Part shown: in pieces, positions 29,694 to 40,232 of the stretch | Layout: every line of letters begins with the position of its first letter | Numbering within the stretch: the first letter of the stretch is position 1 | Source: an uncultured Planctomycetales bacterium | Lineage (GTDB): Bacteria; Planctomycetota; Planctomycetia; Pirellulales; S012-138 | Length of the DNA: 64,000 nt | Reading direction: 5' to 3' | Assembly: GCA_937982665.1 (NCBI GenBank) | Contig: CALJLD010000085.1 | Coordinates: forward strand, 8,301-72,300 | Notes under the pieces: generated by a model | What the model saw: only the letters and a program-made list of their open reading frames with translations | Databases searched by the model: none | Told to the model about the DNA's origin: nothing | Position numbers and translations under genes: made by a program

Positions 29694-30512
29694 TCACACA
29701 GGCGCATACTCGGCAGCCACCAGAAACAAACCTTGTGGCGGCGCGGTCGCGCCGGCCTGAGCGCGATCACGTGACTCCAAAACTTGAAACGGCCAAGCCT
29801 CAGGCTGCTTACCAAGCCCAACTTCCACCAAAGTCCCGGCAATCGCCCGGACCATGTTGTACAAGAATCCGTCCGCGGCTATTTCCATCACAACAAAGTC
29901 TTTTGACTCAGATCTCCCTTTGTCGCTGTCTGCATCCTGGCTGAGAGATGCTGGCGCGAATAATGCCAGCGGATTGCCGCGGCGAACGGATAATTCCGTA
30001 ACGGTGCGGATTGTTGATTTCCTGGGAGCCCCCGTGGACTGGTACGCGGCAAAATCGTGCTTGCCCAACAGTTGCTCCGCCGCGCGATGCATGGCGATGT
30101 CATCCAGCCGCTGATGGACTTGCCAGGCAAAGCGCCGCGAGAAGACATCGCGACTGGATCCGTCTCGCCAGACGTAGCGATATCGTTTGGTCAAGCAATC
30201 CCGGATGGGATGAAAGTTCGTTGAGACATCTTCCGCCGATAAGACAGTTACGTCCTCCGGCAGTCTGGCATTAAGCGCATTAACAAACACTTCGGCCGGA
30301 TACTGTGACTCGGTACGCAAGCTGACCACCTGCCCCAGGGCATGCACGCCTGTGTCGGTTCGGCCGCTGGCCAGGATGTTGACTTCCTCGCCTGTCAATT
30401 CTTCCGTCGCGCGCTGCAGCTCGCTTTGGACAGTCCGTCCTTGGGGTTGAATCTGCCACCCCAGAAAGTCCGTGCCATCGTAGGCGATCGTCAGTTTTAA
30501 AGTGCGTGACAA
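29694..30512 (-). CDS. truA: tRNA pseudouridine(38-40) synthase
   Basis: LTIAYDGTDFLGWQIQ and RTDTGVHA catalytic Asp motif. TTG start with a GGAG RBS that overlaps the upstream gene's TGA stop. Confidence 0.85.
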   Translation of the reverse strand: MSRTLKLTIAYDGTDFLGWQIQPQGRTVQSELQRATEELTGEEVNILASGRTDTGVHALGQVVSLRTESQYPAEVFVNALNARLPEDVTVLSAEDVSTNFHPIRDCLTKRYRYVWRDGSSRDVFSRRFAWQVHQRLDDIAMHRAAEQLLGKHDFAAYQSTGAPRKSTIRTVTELSVRRGNPLALFAPASLSQDADSDKGRSESKDFVVMEIAADGFLYNMVRAIAGTLVEVGLGKQPEAWPFQVLESRDRAQAGATAPPQGLFLVAAEYAPV

Positions 30513-30539
30513 GTTGATCTCCGCGGATGAAAACAGAGA

Positions 30540-31172
30540 TCAGAAAGAGGTGTAACCAGCGGGTGCGCCCACAAACGGGTTTTGCCGCTTCTCATCACCA
30601 ATTGTCGTCGCCTCATTGTGGCCCGGCAGCACAACGGTCTCGTCCGGCAACGTAAACAGCTTTTCATGAATGCCGTTTTTGAGTTGCTCAAAACTTCCGC
30701 CGGGGAAATCCGCACGGCCAATGCTGCGGTTGAACAGGACGTCACCGCCAATCACATAAGCGGGAGTGCCGTCTTGAATAAACACAATGTGGCCTGGCGA
30801 GTGGCCGGGAATCTCCCGCACCAGCAAGCAAAAACCGGCCGACTCGTAAACGTCGCCTTCATTGAGCAATTCGTCCGCTTCAGGGCTGATTACTGGCAGG
30901 CCGAAATCTCGCGAGAGATTCAGTCCGGGATCGGTCAGCATCACGGCGTCTCCCGTTCCAATCACCAGCGGCGCGTCCGGCCAATTTTCTTTCATGGCCG
31001 CATTTCCCGCGATGTGGTCCGCATGCCCGTGTGTATTCAAGATCGCGGCGGGAGTCTTGCCGATCTCGGTGACCGCTTCCAGCACTTTCGCTGGCTCGGT
31101 GCCGGGATCGACAATCAGACAGTCATCGCGGCCTTCCTGCCAAAGGAGATACGTGTTCTCCATGAAGGGCAT
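30540..31172 (-). CDS. MBL-fold metallo-hydrolase (glyoxalase II-like)
   Basis: HGHADHIAGN metal-binding motif and downstream H/D ligands; ~210 aa from the second Met. Confidence 0.75.
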   Translation of the reverse strand: MPFMENTYLLWQEGRDDCLIVDPGTEPAKVLEAVTEIGKTPAAILNTHGHADHIAGNAAMKENWPDAPLVIGTGDAVMLTDPGLNLSRDFGLPVISPEADELLNEGDVYESAGFCLLVREIPGHSPGHIVFIQDGTPAYVIGGDVLFNRSIGRADFPGGSFEQLKNGIHEKLFTLPDETVVLPGHNEATTIGDEKRQNPFVGAPAGYTSF

Positions 31173-31635
31173 GGAAACCACACAAACACAGTTGATTTGA
31201 CTCGACACAGGCATAGACCGTTAAGGAACGATGTTGAGAAACAGCGGTGCTAGCACCCTCATGAACTCGCCTGCGGCAAGATGAGACGGTTCTTCCGCCT
31301 GGGCAAGTGCCGGGTTGCGGTTTGGTTTGAGATTGCCGGATACCGTATTGGCATTGTAAAACTGCGCGTATGCTTCCGATAGAAGCGAAGAGGATGGATC
31401 GTATTCGCACGCTCATTTTGACATTATTTGAGCTGTGCAACGACGAGCACGAGCAAGCTGAGAAACGCGAAAACCCGTGTGATTCGGGAACGAGAATTGC
31501 ATTCTCATTGCTTGCAAAACGTTGTCATTGGCATTTGTTATCGCTCGTGACGACAAGGTGGCTGTCACCAACCCCGCAAGACAGTCACCACTTCCCCCGC
31601 GACCTAATAAGCCACGGACTCAGGCGAGGAAGAAC

Positions 31636-32469
31636 ATGAAGATTAGCCGCCACTGCGTCACCGCCAAGTTGACGCTGGGATTGATTGCTTTGGGTGTGGC
31701 ACTGTGTGGCGCAGTCAACGCACAAGCCCAAGAACACAAAGTTCTGCGTCCCGAGATCGAGGAGTCGACGCAGGATGAGCATCCCATGATGCCAGCCTTG
31801 CGTTGGGCGAAAGGCGAATTGCCCCGTATCCAGAAGATTGAGGACTACACCTGTACGCTCGTCAAGCGTGAGCTTGTTGACGGCACACTGACCGAGCACC
31901 AATACATGTTCATGAAGGTCCGGCATGAGCCGTTCAGCGTGTACATGTATTTCCTCGCTCCATCCAACATGAAGGGCCAGGAAGCCTTGTATGTTGATGG
32001 CGCGTACGACAACAAACTCATGGCTCACGGGACCGGACTCGCGGCGCTGCTGAAGACCTTCGCCCTGGATCCCAAAGGTCCGCTGGCGATGAAAGGCAAC
32101 CGCTATCCCATCACTGAGGTCGGCATTCTCAACCTCGTGCGCCAACTCATCGAAGTTGGCGACCACGACATCCAGTACGGCGAGTGCGAAGTCCGTGTCA
32201 CCAAGAAAGCCAAGGTCAACGATCGCGTCTGCACGATGCTGGAATTCACGCATCCCGTGCCACGTCGCGAATTCCGCTTCCACATCGCGCGGATCTTCAT
32301 CGACGATGAACTGAATCTGCCGATTCGCTACGAAGCTTACGGCTGGCCGCAAGAACGCGGTGGCAAGCCTGTGCTGCTGGAAGAATACACCTACGTCAAC
32401 TTGAAGCTCAACCAAGGGCTCAAGGACATGGACTTCAGCACCAACAACCCGGACTACTCATTCAAGTAG
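31636..32469 (+). CDS. secreted hypothetical protein (DUF1571/LolA-like?)
   Basis: ATG at 31636 with AGGAAG RBS, a signal peptide, and beta-rich mature sequence. Assignment to DUF1571 is by resemblance only. Confidence 0.45.
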   Translation: MKISRHCVTAKLTLGLIALGVALCGAVNAQAQEHKVLRPEIEESTQDEHPMMPALRWAKGELPRIQKIEDYTCTLVKRELVDGTLTEHQYMFMKVRHEPFSVYMYFLAPSNMKGQEALYVDGAYDNKLMAHGTGLAALLKTFALDPKGPLAMKGNRYPITEVGILNLVRQLIEVGDHDIQYGECEVRVTKKAKVNDRVCTMLEFTHPVPRREFRFHIARIFIDDELNLPIRYEAYGWPQERGGKPVLLEEYTYVNLKLNQGLKDMDFSTNNPDYSFK

Positions 32470-32499
32470 GTCGGAGTCGTCGCAACAAGAAAACATAAA

Positions 32500-32540
32500 C
32501 GGCCGCCTTGCAAAGCTCAGCAAGGCGGCCGTTTCTTTTT
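32500..32540. terminator. bidirectional rho-independent terminator between convergent genes
   Basis: CGGCCGCCTTGC-aaagctca-GCAAGGCGGCCG followed by TTTCTTTTT, with an A-run on the other side. Confidence 0.7.
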
Positions 32541-32582
32541 CGCTTGACGAACATTCGCTCAGTCGACGTGAAGCATGAAGTC

Positions 32583-34418
32583 TCAATACCCGGCCGCTTT
32601 GCCGCTCAATCGCTTGTCGGCCGCGCCTCGCAACATGTGGGTTTCAGGATCCACAGAAATCGAATGGGCGTCGCCCTGCCCGCCTGAGACTCGCACATCG
32701 TGCCCCATCCCGCGCAAGGCTTCAATCACATCCGCTGGCGTCTCGCCAAAACGCGTGTTCTCAACGGTGGTTCGATCCGGCAACCACTGGTTGTGCATCC
32801 GTGGCGAATCAACCGCCGCCCCAATCTCCATGTCGTATTCCAGCACGTTAATCAAAATGCACAACACCGTGTTGATGATCGTTCGTCCGCCAGGGCTGCC
32901 GGTGACCAGCACAACCTTGCCGTCTCGCATGACAATCGTGGGCGACATGCTGGAGAGCATTCGCTTGCCGGGAGCAATCACATTCGCCGGCGTGCCGATG
33001 TTACCCCGCTCATCCGTATGGCCAGGCTTTTGATTGAAGTCGCCCATCTCATTATTGAGGAAGAACCCAGCGCCGGTCACAACCACGCGAGAGCCATAGC
33101 TTTGCTCCAACGTATACGTGTTTGACACGGCCATACCGTCTGCATCCACAACAGAAAAGTGCGTCGTATTCGTACCGCCATCGGCAATCGCCAGCTCGCC
33201 TGCCAGGTCAAGGCTGGGCGTAGCCGTCTGCTCATCGATGCTCGCGGCGAGCGCCCGCGCGAAGCTCTTGGAAGTCAAGTGATCCGGGATCTCAACGAAA
33301 TCGGCATCGCCCAGGTACAAGGCCCGTTGATGAAACACACGACGCATAGTCTCTGCCATCACGTGCAACGTCCGCGGCGCAAATCGATCTTGCTGGCGAA
33401 GATCGAGTTGCTCCAACATGTTGAGCGCCAGCGCGTTGCTGATTCCGCCGGAACTCGGCGGCGGAGCACCAAACACATCGTAGCCGCGAAATGTGGATTG
33501 AATCGGCTCCCGCTCTTTCGCTTCGTAGCTGGCAAGATCTTCGGCCGTGATGATTCCGTTGCCGCGCTTCATCTCCGCGACAAACAACTCCGCCGTCTTT
33601 CCGGTGTAGAATCCTGCCGCGCCATCGGCGGCAATCCGCTCAAGGGTCTCCGCCAGGTCCGGCTGAACTAAGCGATCCTCAGCCCGCCACGGCCGGCCAT
33701 CAGGGTGATCGAAAACGCGGTGCAGTTCTGCATTGTCCGCGGAACGCCGATCTCGGAGCAGCCCATTCAGCGAACGCGCGAGTGGACCGCCGACTTCAAA
33801 ACCGTCACGCGCTAGTGCAATGGATGGCTCAACAAGATCATGCCACGGCAGCTTGCCGAGCTGCTTGTGAGCAAGCTCCAGCCCGCGAACCGTTCCCGGC
33901 GTGCCAACAAACTTCGCCGTCAGCCGGCTCTCGCCCAGCGCGAACATATCCGGCGTGGCGGCGGCAGGAGCCGTTTCGCGATAATCAAGAAACGTCGGCG
34001 ACTGATTTTCCGCACTGCGGCCCGGCGCGACGAGCATGAACCCTCCGCCGCCAATGTTGCCGGCCTGCGGCCACGTCACGGCTTCCGCAAAAGCAACCGC
34101 CACGGCCGCATCCACGGCATTGCCGCCGGCTTTGAGAATCGCCACGCCCACATCCACCGCCGGCGGCGAAACGGCAACCACCATCCCATGCTCGGCTTCG
34201 GCAACCCGCGGTGCGCTTTTTTCATCCGCAACTTGCGCGGCGTCCGTGGCCGTGTCTTGGGCGAACGCAAAACTCGGCGCAAAGACCAGCAGTACGATGA
34301 TCGCAAGTGGCAACCATCGAGTCATAAGCAAGCGTGCCGCGCGCCACCATGAAAAGTTATCGTGAGTGGTTTGCATGCGAACCTCGTACGATTGCAGAAA
34401 GTGGTAGAAAGTTGCCAC
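32583..34418 (-). CDS. ggt: gamma-glutamyltransferase
   Basis: Signal peptide and the GGT autoprocessing/catalytic signature TTHFSVVDADGMAVSNTYTLEQSYG; 611 aa. Confidence 0.9.
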   Translation of the reverse strand: MATFYHFLQSYEVRMQTTHDNFSWWRAARLLMTRWLPLAIIVLLVFAPSFAFAQDTATDAAQVADEKSAPRVAEAEHGMVVAVSPPAVDVGVAILKAGGNAVDAAVAVAFAEAVTWPQAGNIGGGGFMLVAPGRSAENQSPTFLDYRETAPAAATPDMFALGESRLTAKFVGTPGTVRGLELAHKQLGKLPWHDLVEPSIALARDGFEVGGPLARSLNGLLRDRRSADNAELHRVFDHPDGRPWRAEDRLVQPDLAETLERIAADGAAGFYTGKTAELFVAEMKRGNGIITAEDLASYEAKEREPIQSTFRGYDVFGAPPPSSGGISNALALNMLEQLDLRQQDRFAPRTLHVMAETMRRVFHQRALYLGDADFVEIPDHLTSKSFARALAASIDEQTATPSLDLAGELAIADGGTNTTHFSVVDADGMAVSNTYTLEQSYGSRVVVTGAGFFLNNEMGDFNQKPGHTDERGNIGTPANVIAPGKRMLSSMSPTIVMRDGKVVLVTGSPGGRTIINTVLCILINVLEYDMEIGAAVDSPRMHNQWLPDRTTVENTRFGETPADVIEALRGMGHDVRVSGGQGDAHSISVDPETHMLRGAADKRLSGKAAGY

Positions 34419-34574
34419 AACGAAAGATCAACGCTGAGACATATCTTATTTCCAGACGGCGGCACGCAAAAGCATTTCGATGTGGTTTGTGAGCCTGCTT
34501 GCCAGCAGCTACGCTAATTCCCACAAACTTCCTCAAACCGCGGCAACTCTTGAGCAAGCTAACGATAACCGTCA

Positions 34575-35132
34575 ATGACACCAGGCGATTTCTCACAACA
34601 ATGGAATGCTGACTCTTCGAGCGATCCGCTCGTTGCCCGCTCCATGGTGGAATTAGAGAGATTTCCCCTGGACACGCACACAAGAGAGTTCCTTGGCACG
34701 TGTGGACTCCCCGAGTCGGCTGCCCCATTCTTGGACTTTGAAGGCGAAATTGTGGCGGCCGATCATCGCTGGGTACTCGACGAGACGTTCAGCCGCTATG
34801 TCGTTGTGGGATCAAACGACTCCGGGGATCCAGTCTGCATAGACACGGCCACCCAGTGTGCCGTCGTCTACTTGAATCACGATGACGCATTCTGCAGAGT
34901 TCTAATCAACTCCACGGTTTCCCAAATGGCAGCGTCGCTGCTCAGTTACCGCCAACTCGTCCTAGAGACGGAAAAGCGAAACGGAGAAGATGCGTATTTA
35001 GATGGTGATGTGCCCTGCGACGAAATCGAGAGGCTGCAGGCCGATTTGAAACGTATCGACCCAAACGCTCTCGAGCCCGGCACATTTTGGGCTTGCGAAC
35101 TTGATCGGCTCGCCAACCCTGGGAATTCATAA
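34575..35132 (+). CDS. SUKH-superfamily (SMI1/KNR4-like) immunity-type protein
   Basis: Core VVGSNDSGDPVCIDTATQCAVVYLNHDD resembles the SUKH xIGxDGxGNxiCiD...D motif. Confidence 0.45.
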   Translation: MTPGDFSQQWNADSSSDPLVARSMVELERFPLDTHTREFLGTCGLPESAAPFLDFEGEIVAADHRWVLDETFSRYVVVGSNDSGDPVCIDTATQCAVVYLNHDDAFCRVLINSTVSQMAASLLSYRQLVLETEKRNGEDAYLDGDVPCDEIERLQADLKRIDPNALEPGTFWACELDRLANPGNS

Positions 35133-36119
35133 CTACTCCACGCGCATAATCTGCTGCACGTGATACAACGGCGCAAAGCCGCCTTTCTCCACTTCCTGAT
35201 CGTCCAGTTGGCCTTGGACGGTCACAAACTCACCGCTGCGGAAGGCGTCAAAATTCTGGCCAGTGAGGATCACGCTGCCGCCGAAGTTGTCGGTCTCGCC
35301 GGTGATGGGAATGTAGCGAAGTTTCCAGCGTCGTTCCGATTGCGAATAGTCGAGTTGCCCTCGCAGCCAGGAGTAGTTTGCGTCGTAGTCATAGCTGCCG
35401 CGCGAAGTTGCTGAAGCATCGCTGTTGGCTTCCGTCACGACGCGAGAATAGCTGACCGGCTGTACGCCCGAGCCCGATAATGCCCGCGTTTGCGAAGGCG
35501 GCACAAAACGTCCCGGCGTGGTACTTGCCTGGTCGTCTGGCTGAACATCGCTGGGCGTGTAATTCTGATACCGATCACCGGTCGTGCTTCCGCCAGCGTT
35601 AGGGGTGGTTTGCCCGGAAGTGCCCGGCACATTGTTTTGTGGCACATTGTTCCGCGGAGCAACGCGACCATCATCGGGGAATGTTCGCGGCGGCGCGGAA
35701 GTGTTGTTGTACGAAGAGAACGGATCACTCGCGCTGGCGGCGGAACTGCCGGTCGCGTTGCCGCCTGTTGTCGTGGAGTTGCTCACTTCCTGAAAGCCGG
35801 TGCCACTGCGGCTGCTGCTTGTTGATCCGGGGTATTCATAGCCACCACCAGGCGGCGCGTATTCGCCTCCGGAAGTGGAACCGCCACCGGACGGAAAGCC
35901 ACCACTCCCGGTTCCGGTTCCCGTTCCCGTTCCGCCAGTGGGCGGCTGATCGTAGTAGTCACCAGGCGGCGGTTGTTGTCCACCGCCGGTCGGCACGGTG
36001 TTGCTCGCTGTCGATGGCGGGGGAATCAGCTGCGGTCCGTAGAACAGGTCCACCTTGGATGGCGGAGACGTACATCCGGCCAACAACGCAAGTGCCAACA
36101 AACTGCCTAAATGCCTCAT
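35133..36119 (-). CDS. G/S/T/P-rich lipoprotein (hypothetical)
   Basis: Lipobox LALALLAGC after the second Met, a long low-complexity P/G/T/S region (GTGTGTGTGSGG), and a structured C-terminal ~90 aa. Confidence 0.55.
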   Translation of the reverse strand: MRHLGSLLALALLAGCTSPPSKVDLFYGPQLIPPPSTASNTVPTGGGQQPPPGDYYDQPPTGGTGTGTGTGSGGFPSGGGSTSGGEYAPPGGGYEYPGSTSSSRSGTGFQEVSNSTTTGGNATGSSAASASDPFSSYNNTSAPPRTFPDDGRVAPRNNVPQNNVPGTSGQTTPNAGGSTTGDRYQNYTPSDVQPDDQASTTPGRFVPPSQTRALSGSGVQPVSYSRVVTEANSDASATSRGSYDYDANYSWLRGQLDYSQSERRWKLRYIPITGETDNFGGSVILTGQNFDAFRSGEFVTVQGQLDDQEVEKGGFAPLYHVQQIMRVE

Positions 36120-36444
36120 GACCGAATCCCGCAATGTCACAGTGCAGAAGGAGTTGCGACCTGACATGGGTGACATCCCTTTGGTCGCATACACGCAACT
36201 TCCGGAACAACGCGGCGCGCGCAGCACTCCGGAAGAAGCGGCGGCGGACTATGCGGAATCTGGGCGGAATTGTCCAGAGCGGTTTGGCCGCGTGCTAGCA
36301 GGTGTGCTCGCGCGGTCTTGTGCCTGGGCGAAAATTCCAATCCTGGGATGTAGCGCTCGTGCGTTATTCCATTACAAGCTGATGCTCGAATGAGCCGTTC
36401 CCGCTATATAGAATTGCCACATCGTCAAAAAACATGAGTTCGAC

Positions 36445-37281
36445 ATGACCGACAGCAGCCGCCGCCAATTCATCAAACAGACGTCACTTTGGGCTGCCGC
36501 GCACACATTTTTGGCAGGTGCCAGCACGCACGCACAAGCACAAAACAGCGATTCTGCCAAGCTGGCACCGCAAACGAGATTCGCGAAGTTGCAGCTCAAG
36601 GCGAATCGGCTCGACGAGATGAGACGGTTCTATCACAAGACGCTGGGCTGTCCCTTGGTTGATGATTGCGCGGACTCGCTTGCATTGCAGTTTGGCGAAA
36701 CGACGATCGAGTTCGCTGAAACGGAGCAAGAGCTATCGCGAGTGGTCTATCATTTTGCTTTCAACATCCCGGAGAACAAACTCTCCGCGGCGATTGAGTG
36801 GATGCGTGGCAAAGCCCCGCTGATTGACCACCTGGCAACGGGCAGCCACATCGTCCACTTTGAATGGCTCAATGCTCACTCGATCTATTTCTGGGATCCT
36901 TCCGGCAATCTTGTCGAGTTCATTGCTCACCACAGGCTCGACAACGCATCGCGCGGCGACTTTGGTCCAGACGATTTGTTGTGCGCCAGCGAAATTGGCC
37001 TGGTTGTGCCGGATGTCGGTGCCACCAACCAGGAGCTGAAAGACCTGTTGAAGATTGATTGCTACGGCGTCAATGACGCTGCCGTGGGAGAACAGCGCTG
37101 CAAGAATGCTCAGTTCCGCGCCGTTGGCGATCCCAACGGGTTCTTCATCGTGGTGCGAAATCAGCGCACATGGCTGATGACCGACATCAAGGCGGAGGAG
37201 AATCCGCCAGTCCACGTCGTCACCAATGACGACCTTGCCGAACCGGTCACGCTGAAAACTGCCAACGCCGTGATCTCTTGA
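36445..37281 (+). CDS. Tat-secreted VOC (glyoxalase/bleomycin-resistance/dioxygenase) family protein
   Basis: Twin-arginine motif SRRQFIK, and two VOC-like beta-alpha-beta-beta-beta modules. Confidence 0.6.
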   Translation: MTDSSRRQFIKQTSLWAAAHTFLAGASTHAQAQNSDSAKLAPQTRFAKLQLKANRLDEMRRFYHKTLGCPLVDDCADSLALQFGETTIEFAETEQELSRVVYHFAFNIPENKLSAAIEWMRGKAPLIDHLATGSHIVHFEWLNAHSIYFWDPSGNLVEFIAHHRLDNASRGDFGPDDLLCASEIGLVVPDVGATNQELKDLLKIDCYGVNDAAVGEQRCKNAQFRAVGDPNGFFIVVRNQRTWLMTDIKAEENPPVHVVTNDDLAEPVTLKTANAVIS

Positions 37282-37313
37282 AGTGCGTGGCGACGTTGCT
37301 TGTCAACTTACGA

Positions 37314-38618
37314 TCAATCGGCAGTGAGACGCGAACTTTGATCGCATTGCGCGATCGCCGCGGCGATCTCATCGCAAACGTCTGGGTCCGTCTCGACCGT
37401 GTTTCGGCCGCGCAAAGCCAGCAACGCTTGCTCTCCGCCTATTTGCCCCAACGCCCAGGCAGCGGCGCCGCGAATGATGGATTCCTCGTCACTCAGAGCT
37501 TGTCCAAGTGCAGGGAGTGCTGGCCGGTGGCGTTGATTGCCCAGCACAATCGCCGCGTTGCGCAATAGCCCCCGACGCTTCGGTCGCCAGAGCGGAGTGC
37601 GACGGAAGCGACGCCGAAACTCGGTTTCATCGAGCGTCAGCAGTTCGCACAAGTCAATGTGGTCACCAGCGATGTGTTGGCGGAAGCTGTTCTCTGTCGC
37701 TTCGGGAGCGTGGTTATTCCAAGGGCAGACTTCCTGGCAGACGTCGCAGCCAAACAGCCAATCGCCCATGCCGGCGCGCAATTCCTTGGGGATTTGGGTG
37801 CGATGCTCGATCGTCAGATAACTGATGCACTTCCGCGCATCCACAACATACGGCGACGGGAACGCATCAGTCGGGCAGGCATCGAGACAGGCCGTGCAAG
37901 TTCCGCAGTGATCGACTTCCGTGGCCGCGTCATAGTCCAGAACAACATCCGTTAGCAGCACGGACAGCAAGAACCAGCTTCCCTGTTGTCGATTGAGCAA
38001 CAACGTGTTCTTGCCGATCCACCCCAAGCCTGCCAGCTGCGCAAACTCTCGTTCCATGATTGGCGCGGAGTCGACAACGCCGCGCACGGCCGCAGCTGGG
38101 TGCTGCGCGTGAAACCAGTCTTTCAGTTCACGGAGGCGGCCATGAATCACATCGTGGTAATCGGTTCCTCGCGCATAACTGGCCACGCGACCATGGCCAG
38201 GCTCGAGAACATGGCCGGCTTCTTCACGATAGTACGGTGCGTGATGTTGCGGTGCATGATAGTTCATCGCCAGCAGCAGCAAACTTCGCGCACCATCCAG
38301 CACATAGCGCGGATGCTCATGGGCATGAGCATATTCTTCCAGGAACGTCATCTCGCCTGCGTAGCCTGCATCCAGCCATTGCGCAAGGTGATGCAGTCCC
38401 CCAGGAGTTACTGCGGGGCAAACACCACATAAGGCGAAGCCAAGTTCGCGCGCACGCTCCTTGAGCGACTTTGTGAATGCGACAGGCGGATTCGGTGGCG
38501 AGTTGTGGTTCTTCTGAGAGATGGACATTCCGAGCGAAGTGCGGAACGTGTCCCGCGGTAAATGACAAGCTAAGTGCCTAACATAACACGGCTTGCGACG
38601 ATTGGTTAGCGGGGTCAT
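37314..38618 (-). CDS. queG: tRNA epoxyqueuosine(34) reductase
   Basis: Two 4Fe-4S ferredoxin-type Cys clusters (CGTCTACLDACP, CDVCQEVCP) and C-terminal HEAT-like repeats, which is the QueG architecture. An alternative start is the Met at ~38528. Confidence 0.8.
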   Translation of the reverse strand: MTPLTNRRKPCYVRHLACHLPRDTFRTSLGMSISQKNHNSPPNPPVAFTKSLKERARELGFALCGVCPAVTPGGLHHLAQWLDAGYAGEMTFLEEYAHAHEHPRYVLDGARSLLLLAMNYHAPQHHAPYYREEAGHVLEPGHGRVASYARGTDYHDVIHGRLRELKDWFHAQHPAAAVRGVVDSAPIMEREFAQLAGLGWIGKNTLLLNRQQGSWFLLSVLLTDVVLDYDAATEVDHCGTCTACLDACPTDAFPSPYVVDARKCISYLTIEHRTQIPKELRAGMGDWLFGCDVCQEVCPWNNHAPEATENSFRQHIAGDHIDLCELLTLDETEFRRRFRRTPLWRPKRRGLLRNAAIVLGNQRHRPALPALGQALSDEESIIRGAAAWALGQIGGEQALLALRGRNTVETDPDVCDEIAAAIAQCDQSSRLTAD

Positions 38619-38891
38619 TCAGCCCGCATAATCGGCCCGTTGTGAAAATGTTCACAGGCGGGAAAGCCATTTCTTGCTTGCAACAAGCTTGTCTTCGACT
38701 AGCGTGGAATTCATACGGTCTTCGATCCCCGCCCGCCGCCTCGGCGAGTGGGGGTCGGGCCGTTCTTCGGTTTGCGAGTTCGCTGGCGGGTTCTCCGCAT
38801 CATTTCCGCGAACTTTCCCCTGACTCCCACCCGGATGGAATTGCGCCGCAATTCTCTCGCGATTGATCTGCTGCAACTTCGAGGCTCACCC

Positions 38892-39314
38892 ATGAAGCGC
38901 GTTTTGTTGATGGCCGCCTGCGCGGCAATGTTCTTGTCCTTCGGCATGGCTCAAGCGAGCGCACAAGACGGCTTGGGGCTGGGATATGGCTACGGCTATG
39001 GTTACGGAAACTACCCGTTGTACGGCCGCGACCACATTCCGTACTACGCCCTGCATCCGCCGGTCTATTACAGCTATCCCGTGCCGCGACCTTACGGTTG
39101 GTCTCCGTTCGCGTATCCCGGAACTGTGCAAACTCCGGACGTGGACTTTGCCGCGGCGATTGCCCCCAAGACAATTGACAATCCGTACGTCAAAGTGAAG
39201 CAGGTTCCCCGCAAGCCGGCGGACAGCCACACAACCGCTATCGAGCCGATTCGCATTGTGAATCCGTTCGTCTCACAGACCAAGCTGGCAAGCGAACGTC
39301 GCGACGTTCAGTAG
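38892..39314 (+). CDS. small secreted Gly/Tyr/Pro-rich protein
   Basis: Signal peptide MKRVLLMAACAAMFLSFGMAQASA, then GLGLGYGYGYGYGNYPLYG...PVYYSYPVPRPYGW. Confidence 0.5.
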   Translation: MKRVLLMAACAAMFLSFGMAQASAQDGLGLGYGYGYGYGNYPLYGRDHIPYYALHPPVYYSYPVPRPYGWSPFAYPGTVQTPDVDFAAAIAPKTIDNPYVKVKQVPRKPADSHTTAIEPIRIVNPFVSQTKLASERRDVQ

Positions 39315-39398
39315 TTAATGCTTGCGGCCGTCTTGGCCTGGCGATGAATGCATTGCCATCAACTGACCATGACGGAGTGTCCTGATTGAAACCAACAA

Positions 39399-39445
39399 AT
39401 TGGCCAGGTGCGCAAAGTGAGCGTGCCTGGCCAATTTTCGTTTCG
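39399..39445 (+). terminator. rho-independent terminator
   Basis: Perfect 12-bp stem AAATTGGCCAGG / CCTGGCCAATTT with a 19-nt loop, followed by a T-rich tract. Confidence 0.6.
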
Positions 39446-40232
39446 CTCTCGCGAGAAATTGCCAATGCGCGATTGTTGGCGAACAACTCGCACTTGCCGC
39501 GTGTCCTCTCTTGCGCGACATAACATGCAAACGCGCTATAATCGTTAAGGACCGATACGGCAAATTGCCGCCGAAATCGTTGCAACGGTTTCACCGTTTC
39601 TTCACGGAAATCCCGGTCATCTTTGTGCTCTCGGCGCATGCGCAGAGCCTGGATTGACCCCCTTGATCGTTGCGCACGCGAGATTCGGTCTAAAGTCGCG
39701 CCCCTGATTTTCTCGAAATAACATTCGGACGGTATCCCGGCCTTGCGCGGAATTCGTGTTTGCGCCGGGGGCAATAACCCAGGGGGGTTCGCTGATTCTG
39801 CCGTTGCGCCGCGCTCCATTCGCGCGCCGCAATCTTCGGCAGGTTTCGCGCGCTCTCTTGCGCGATTGTTCCGTTCGTCCAGGCGCAAGCCAACGTTTTG
39901 CAGTGAACATCGGTTGTGGAGCGGCTGCCCAAAGCTTCTCTAATTTACGGATTTTCACTGTGCTTCCGACGCTTGCATGTCCGATGGATTCATTAGGCGC
40001 GGCGACAGATGGAGCTGATCCGCGGCCAAGGAGAAGCGAGAAACATAGAGTAGCCCCGACCCAGATGTTTCGTTTTGGCGGGTCCCAGAGATGGTGACGA
40101 AGGATCGCAATCCCGCCTGCGACGGAGCAAGGGGCATGTGCTGAGAGAGCGACAAGTGCCGTGGGTCCAAAAATACGGCCATGACGCGAGCTCGGCGGAG
40201 TTCCAAACCAAGCGAAGAATGGAGAGCCTGCG

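Noticed and set aside
29694-31214. MBL-hydrolase gene ends in TGA and the downstream truA is in the same frame; a possible Sec read-through fusion given the selC in this window.
   Set aside because: The 27-nt spacer contains a GGAG RBS correctly placed for the truA TTG start. TGA is a normal stop in this GC-rich genome. I saw no SECIS-like hairpin, and the two enzymes are unrelated.
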